NCBI GenBank assembly: GCA_001791305.1
Contig: MGEI01000004.1
Span: forward strand, 61,101-125,100
Direction of reading: 5' to 3'
DNA from: Candidatus Uhrbacteria bacterium RIFCSPLOWO2_01_FULL_47_17
GTDB lineage: Bacteria > Patescibacteriota > Patescibacteriia > UBA9934 > GWF2-40-263
DNA: 64,000 nucleotides
Position numbers and translations under genes: made by a program. The notes below the pieces were generated by a model, which searched no databases, was not told where the DNA came from, and worked only from the letters and a program-made list of their open reading frames with translations. Below, one piece after another: positions 58,657-64,000 of the stretch; the first letter of the stretch is position 1, and every line of letters begins with the position of its first letter.

Positions 58657-59121
58657 ATGGAGACACAGGGCGTGAAGGAAGTTCCTTCCAATGATGATGT
58701 GGTAACTCGAATGGCGTTTGCGATGGGCGCGTTTTTCATGACCGCTCTCACGCTTGCGGCTGTCTTTGCCATTTGGAAAATCCACATTGCCACAGACTTT
58801 CGGAATATCGTGGGTGGCGGGATCTTGATTGTCGTTTTTGCGTCGATCATGAGTCGATTTATGTCCAGGCAAACGGATCCGGTTCGTACGGCGTTTATTG
58901 GAAACATCATCATGATGTGGACGTACGCTTCCGTCTTCGACGCATACATCAAGCGAAAGCCCCCAGCAATTTTGGATCTTGCCCTTGCGGTAATAATGGT
59001 CTACCAGATCATCTTGGCGCTTCGCAGTGCGGCTCTCGCGCTGAACTGGACGATCCCGATTCTGTTAGGTCAGCAGCTGGTCCTGGGTGCGAGTCTGTAC
59101 GGCTTGTATCATCTCCTCTAA
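58657..59121 (+). CDS. Hypothetical multi-TM protein
   Basis: GGGAGG SD; TTGACA..TATATT promoter upstream. Confidence 0.65.
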   Translation: METQGVKEVPSNDDVVTRMAFAMGAFFMTALTLAAVFAIWKIHIATDFRNIVGGGILIVVFASIMSRFMSRQTDPVRTAFIGNIIMMWTYASVFDAYIKRKPPAILDLALAVIMVYQIILALRSAALALNWTIPILLGQQLVLGASLYGLYHLL

Positions 59122-59148
59122 ACCCGTCGCATTGCGACAGGAGGTTCC

Positions 59149-59676
59149 ATGGTTTCTTTGCTCGAGATCATCTTTGCGACCGTGACCCTTGTCTGGGCTG
59201 GTCTGCTCGTTTACCGGCAGAACTGGCTGGTTGCTTACAAAGCAGCAGCCTACTTGCTCGGCGCGTTCCTCCTGTTCGCGATGTGGAATCGTCCACTCGC
59301 CGGCCAGTGGGGCATGACGAGCTACGGCCCGTTCATCGTGATTCTCGCGACGATCGGCGTTGCGATCGTGGGCAACTGGGCCTATCGTCGTTGGAGTGCG
59401 GATAATCGTGTGACAATCGCGATCGCGATCATGTCGCTCGGTTTGGTACTGGTGTTCTGGTATCCGTTCTTCGTAGCGGGTCCAAGCTCCATCACCCCGT
59501 CGATCCCGACGGCCCCGACGCCCGTAGCTTCGGCTCCGACTCCGGCGCCCTCAGCCCCTCCTTCGTCTGCTCCAGTTTCCCGTCCGCGTCGTGCACCTCA
59601 GGTGTTCGACCTGTCGGATTGCCCGAACCTGTCGTACGAATGGCAGAAGGACCTCGGATGTCCCCAGGCCAACTAG
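59149..59676 (+). CDS. Hypothetical membrane protein with Pro-rich linker and C-terminal Cys pair
   Basis: AGGAGG SD; several TM segments; terminator follows. Confidence 0.7.
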   Translation: MVSLLEIIFATVTLVWAGLLVYRQNWLVAYKAAAYLLGAFLLFAMWNRPLAGQWGMTSYGPFIVILATIGVAIVGNWAYRRWSADNRVTIAIAIMSLGLVLVFWYPFFVAGPSSITPSIPTAPTPVASAPTPAPSAPPSSAPVSRPRRAPQVFDLSDCPNLSYEWQKDLGCPQAN

Positions 59677-59833
59677 CCTCTTACCCGAGCTTGTTTCACA
59701 AGCTCGGGTATTTTCTTTGAAAAAAGCTTGAAAAGCTTTAAATGTCAGAAATGGGGATAACGCTCTGAAAATACTTGACGGAAAACCCCTTTTTCTTTAT
59801 ACTTTCGGACGAATCAACTATTTACTATTTTCT

Positions 59834-60115
59834 ATGGCACATAAAAAAGCCGGAGGGTCTACCTCGCTTGGACGCGATTCCGTGTCAAAGCGTCTTGGGG
59901 TAAAGATCTCCGATGGACAAATTATCAAAGCTGGACAGATTCTTGTTCGCCAACGCGGAACAAAAATTCATCCAGGATTGAATGTCAAAAAAGGCAAAGA
60001 TGACACTTTGTATGCGGCAATCGACGGTTTCGTGAAATTCACCCAAAAGAAAATGAAGAATTTTCATGGAGTTCTCGCAACACGCCGTTTCGCAAGCATT
60101 TCAGAAAAAAGATAA
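59834..60115 (+). CDS. rpmA: 50S ribosomal protein L27
   Basis: [20 protein letters not shown]. Confidence 0.97.
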   Translation: MAHKKAGGSTSLGRDSVSKRLGVKISDGQIIKAGQILVRQRGTKIHPGLNVKKGKDDTLYAAIDGFVKFTQKKMKNFHGVLATRRFASISEKR

Positions 60116-60154
60116 CGTGCATTGCACGTTATTTTGTTATATACTATTCCTGAT

Positions 60155-60391
60155 ATGGATCCACAAATGCAAACCAAAATTGAAGAGGTTCTCACCATGA
60201 TTCGCCCAGCACTCCGAATGGACGGAGGTGGAATCGAGCTTGTGGCATATGATGCAGAAAAGGGAATCGTGAGTGTTAAAATGCAAGGTGCGTGCGTTGG
60301 GTGCCCTATGTCTCAAATCACCTTGAAGATGGGGGTGGAGGCTGCACTTCGCGATGCGATCCCATCAATCACGGAAGTTATTTCTGTTTAG
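60155..60391 (+). CDS. NifU-like domain protein
   Basis: IRPAL..DGG, GACVGCP. Confidence 0.9.
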   Translation: MDPQMQTKIEEVLTMIRPALRMDGGGIELVAYDAEKGIVSVKMQGACVGCPMSQITLKMGVEAALRDAIPSITEVISV

Positions 60392-60394
60392 TAC

Positions 60395-60796
60395 ATGAAA
60401 TTTTCAAAACGTCTTCAGTTTTTTTTCACCGATATGCATGAGTGGCTCCGCACCAAAACGGGAGCCTGGTGTTTTGTCTCAGCCCTTTTTTTGTTGGCGC
60501 TTACGGTTGCGCTTCCTATTTGGCGTATCTTGCCCCTTGCAGAATCGCGACCGTTTATTCCGCTTCATTATAATATTTACCTAGGGGTGGATAGACTGGG
60601 TCCTTGGTATCAAATTTTTATTGTCCCCGCACTCGGATTCGGATTGTTTTTGTTTCATCTCGTTTTACAAACGATCGCCTTTCGAAAAGAAAAATTGCTT
60701 GCAACCATGCTTGCGATTGCGATTGTGCTTATCGAAGCCATTTTACTCTTTGCGATGACACTCATTGTTCTTCTCAATTTATCCTATGCCGCTTAA
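60395..60796 (+). CDS. Conserved membrane protein
   Basis: PLHYNIYLGVD motif; three TM segments; directly upstream of mraY. Confidence 0.75.
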   Translation: MKFSKRLQFFFTDMHEWLRTKTGAWCFVSALFLLALTVALPIWRILPLAESRPFIPLHYNIYLGVDRLGPWYQIFIVPALGFGLFLFHLVLQTIAFRKEKLLATMLAIAIVLIEAILLFAMTLIVLLNLSYAA

Positions 60797-61841
60797 ATCG
60801 TTTGAACTTGTTCGCATTTTATTTTTGAGCTCGATCGCCTTTTTGTTTGCGTTTGCTTGGGCGCCCTTTCTTGTTCATCAGCTCAAGCAATGGAAAATGG
60901 GAAAGTCGATTCGTGCTGCTGCTGACGCACCAATCTTCGCAATGCTCCACGCAAAAAAACAAGGGACACCAACCATGGGTGGTTTACTCATCTGGGGTAC
61001 CGTTCTCTTTCTCGCGATTTTATTTTCCATGATCGCACCACATGTTCCCGCAAATTCTTTGCTCGGGCACTTGAATTTTCTTTCCAGATCCGAAACGCTC
61101 CTGCCACTTGGCGCGCTTGTTGCCTCCGCAATCGTTGGGCTTTTGGATGATTATTACAACGTGAAGGGGATTGGTCCAAAGGGCGGAGGGCTCCGGATGC
61201 GTCATCGAATGCTCATCTACACCGCGATTGCGGCGGTTGGTGCGTGGTGGTTTCGTATGAAACTTGATTGGGATCTTTTACATGTGCCTTTTTTGGGGGA
61301 TTTCAACATCGGCATGTGGTACGTTCCATTTTTTATCCTCGTGATCGTTGCAACGGCGTTCTCGGTGAATGAAACAGACGGTCTCGATGGCCTCGCAGGA
61401 GGAACACTCATGACATCGTTTGCTGCCTATGCAATCATCTCTTTTTCCCAAGGCAGATACGACCTCGCCATTTTTTGTGGGGTTATCCTCGGTGCCCTCC
61501 TCGCATTCCTTTGGTTCAATATTCACCCAGCAGCATTTTTTATGGGAGACACCGGAGCGATGTCGCTTGGCGTCACGCTCGGTATTGTGGCGATGCTCAC
61601 AAACACAGCGTTCATTTTGCCGGTGATTGGCCTGGTGTTTGTGCTCGAATCATTATCGGTCATCACGCAGTTATCTTGGAAAAGAATTTTTAAACGGAAA
61701 TTATTCCGGTCTGCGCCGTTTCATCATCACCTCGAAGCGATTGATTGGCCCGAACCTCAAATTGTCATGCGCCTCTGGGTTGTGTCGATGGTTTCGGCTG
61801 CGCTCGGGGTTGCGCTGATTCTTCTTGACGCGTTGATGTGA
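60786..61841 (+). CDS. mraY: Phospho-N-acetylmuramoyl-pentapeptide transferase
   Basis: TPTMGG, NETDGLDGL, FMGDTG, APFHHHLE. Confidence 0.96.
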   Translation: MPLKSFELVRILFLSSIAFLFAFAWAPFLVHQLKQWKMGKSIRAAADAPIFAMLHAKKQGTPTMGGLLIWGTVLFLAILFSMIAPHVPANSLLGHLNFLSRSETLLPLGALVASAIVGLLDDYYNVKGIGPKGGGLRMRHRMLIYTAIAAVGAWWFRMKLDWDLLHVPFLGDFNIGMWYVPFFILVIVATAFSVNETDGLDGLAGGTLMTSFAAYAIISFSQGRYDLAIFCGVILGALLAFLWFNIHPAAFFMGDTGAMSLGVTLGIVAMLTNTAFILPVIGLVFVLESLSVITQLSWKRIFKRKLFRSAPFHHHLEAIDWPEPQIVMRLWVVSMVSAALGVALILLDALM

Positions 61842-61842
61842 T

Positions 61843-62952
61843 ATGGACACACGCGAACGCGGAACAATGGATTATGGACTCATCGGAATTGTTTCCGTGA
61901 TGATTTTGTTTGGGCTTATCATGCTTCTTTCCGCGTCTTCACCGAACGCTTATAAACAATTTGGAGACAGTTACTACTTTTTAAAACATCAGGTAATTTT
62001 TGGATTGATTCCGGGAATGGCCGGACTCCTCTTTTTTTCACGCATCCCGTATACCTTTTGGAAAAAGCACGCGTGGAATTTACTCCTCGTTTCCATCGGT
62101 CTGCTCCTCTTAGTTTTCATTCCTGGATTCTCTGCTGGATTTGGAACATCACACAGCTGGATTTCAATCGGAGGTTTTTTCTCCATTCAGCCGTCGGAAA
62201 TTGTGAAGCTGACGTTTCTCTTTTACCTTGCAGGTTGGCTTGGTGCGCGTGATGAACGCGGAGTGCGAGACATAAACACGGGACTCGTTCCGTTTTTAGC
62301 CGTGCTTGGAATCATCGCCATTCTCATGATTCTCCAACCAGACACAGGAAGTATGACCATTATTGCCGCGATGTCTCTTGTCGTCTATTTTGTCGCGGGT
62401 GCTCCTGTGAAGTATGTTGCGGGACTTATTGCGGCCGGACTTGCAGGGATTTGGTTTTTGATTACGATTACCCCGTATCGTGCAGCGCGTTTTACAACGT
62501 TTTTACATCCCGAGCTTGATCCGCAGGGAATTGGATATCATATCAACCAAGCGTTGCTCGCGCTTGGATCGGGTGGATTCTTTGGGCTTGGGTATGGCCA
62601 CTCACGACAAAAATTTCAGTACTTACCGGAAGTTGCGGGAGATTCTGTTTTTGCGGTGATTGGAGAAGAGATGGGGTTTGTCATTTCGCTTTTTGTCATC
62701 GGTCTGTTTCTCGTTTTGTTTTGGCGATTGATGGAAATTGCAAAACGCGCGCCAGACAAATTTTCAAAATACGTGTGTGTTGGTGTTGCGGCGTGGATTG
62801 TGATACAAGCATTTGAGAATATCGCCTCGATGGCCGCACTCATGCCCATCACAGGAGTCCCACTCCCGTTTATCAGTTACGGTGGAACATCACTCGCCAT
62901 ATTAATGTGTGCAATTGGGGTGGTGCTGAATATTTCGAAGCACACAAAATAA
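61843..62952 (+). CDS. ftsW: Cell division peptidoglycan polymerase FtsW
   Basis: QPSE..K, QPDTG, TGVPLPFISYGG; between mraY and murG. Confidence 0.93.
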   Translation: MDTRERGTMDYGLIGIVSVMILFGLIMLLSASSPNAYKQFGDSYYFLKHQVIFGLIPGMAGLLFFSRIPYTFWKKHAWNLLLVSIGLLLLVFIPGFSAGFGTSHSWISIGGFFSIQPSEIVKLTFLFYLAGWLGARDERGVRDINTGLVPFLAVLGIIAILMILQPDTGSMTIIAAMSLVVYFVAGAPVKYVAGLIAAGLAGIWFLITITPYRAARFTTFLHPELDPQGIGYHINQALLALGSGGFFGLGYGHSRQKFQYLPEVAGDSVFAVIGEEMGFVISLFVIGLFLVLFWRLMEIAKRAPDKFSKYVCVGVAAWIVIQAFENIASMAALMPITGVPLPFISYGGTSLAILMCAIGVVLNISKHTK

Positions 62953-62953
62953 T

Positions 62954-64000
62954 ATGAAAATCCTCTTTGCTGGCGGCGGAACTCTCGGCCCCGTTACCCC
63001 TCTCCTCGCGGTGGCCGAGGCTTGGAAAAAACGCGACGCAAATGTTGAGTTTGTTTGGATTGGGACGAAGAGTGGACCGGAACGGGAGTTTGTGGAAAAA
63101 GAAGGAATTCGATTTTTTTGGATTACCCAAGCGCGTTTGGTACGCTGGCTCAATGGTGAATGGCTTTGGTTTCCGCTCGCGATGCTCTCGGCGTTTTCAC
63201 AAGCGTTTCGAATTTTGCGAAAAGAGAAACCGGATATTATTGCGGCTGCGGGTGGATATACAAGTGTGCCGATCGTCATGGTTGGACGCATCATGGGAAT
63301 TCCGTCATGGATTCATCAATCGGACGTAAAACCGATTTTGACAAACCGAGTCCTCGCGCCATTTGCAACATGTATTACGGTTGCGTGGGAAAAGACGCTT
63401 CATGCATTTCCAAAATCAAAAACAATTCTGATCGGCAACCCCGTTCGAGCATCCGTTCGACAAGGAATCAAAGCGCGTGCGGAAATTATGTTTGGGTGTG
63501 ATACGAGCAAGCCAACGGTATTTGTGTTTGGTGGAGGAACAGGGTCACAATGGATCAACAAGGCGGTCGACGAGATTCAGGACGAGCTGCTCGTAATCGC
63601 GAATGTGATTCATCTGACGGGGAAGGGGAAAATGAATGTAGAATCGTCTGTAGGGGTGCCCCTTGTGGGTACCCACGGCAATGGAAATTATTTTGTGATT
63701 GAATCCATGACGGACGAAATGCCGGATGCGTATGCGGTTGCGGATGTTGTTGTCTCGCGCGCAGGTGCAGGCGCGATTTCGGAACTTGCCGCGATGAGAA
63801 AAGCGTCGATAATAATTCCGCTCCCAAATTCGCCGCAAGTGAATAACGCAGAGGTAATTCGTGAAGCAAGTGTTGTTCTCGAACAGTCGTCGAGCACGCC
63901 ACGAGACGTCTTGAATCAGATTCGTCGATTGCTAAACGACCCCATGAAACGCCTGGCCCTCGGCGAGCGACTGTCGATTACCCTTGAGACGGATTGCGCG
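62954..64000 (+). CDS. murG: MurG (partial, runs off the window)
   Basis: GGGTLGP, GGYTSVP, GNPVR, GGGTGS, SRAGAG. Confidence 0.93.
   Translation, partial: MKILFAGGGTLGPVTPLLAVAEAWKKRDANVEFVWIGTKSGPEREFVEKEGIRFFWITQARLVRWLNGEWLWFPLAMLSAFSQAFRILRKEKPDIIAAAGGYTSVPIVMVGRIMGIPSWIHQSDVKPILTNRVLAPFATCITVAWEKTLHAFPKSKTILIGNPVRASVRQGIKARAEIMFGCDTSKPTVFVFGGGTGSQWINKAVDEIQDELLVIANVIHLTGKGKMNVESSVGVPLVGTHGNGNYFVIESMTDEMPDAYAVADVVVSRAGAGAISELAAMRKASIIIPLPNSPQVNNAEVIREASVVLEQSSSTPRDVLNQIRRLLNDPMKRLALGERLSITLETDCA

Noticed and set aside
1-64000. Alternative genetic code (UGA recoded)
   Set aside because: TGA terminates conserved genes such as pyrG, bcp and mraY at the expected positions

Overview
Chromosomal window from a Patescibacteria/CPR bacterium (inferred: Parcubacteria, Uhrbacteria-like). 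It uses standard code 11, since TGA ends many genes and tRNA-Trp reads CCA. Housekeeping genes include holB, frr, glyQS, tpiA, rpmG, recQ, rlmN, typA, pgi, bcp, rplI, pyrG, rpmA and mraY-ftsW-murG, plus six tRNAs. A low-GC Wzm/Wzt surface-glycan cluster (39-54 kb) carries a gmd-colD-like-fcl trio. Accessory content includes a type II TA pair, a kinase-vWA-pyruvate-kinase-like operon, and arrays of single-gene accessory units. The most unusual part is about 0.9-6.25 kb on the minus strand. A strong sigma70 promoter there drives a region dominated by highly structured non-coding sequence. Two different RNA-like motifs (here X and Y) each occur twice, with covarying stems (and cUUCGg loops in X), in a repeated order: X - small ORFs - Y - SD/ORF. 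An adjacent ~400-nt promoter-to-terminator unit has no long ORF. All alignments and folds were done by eye; no searches were run.
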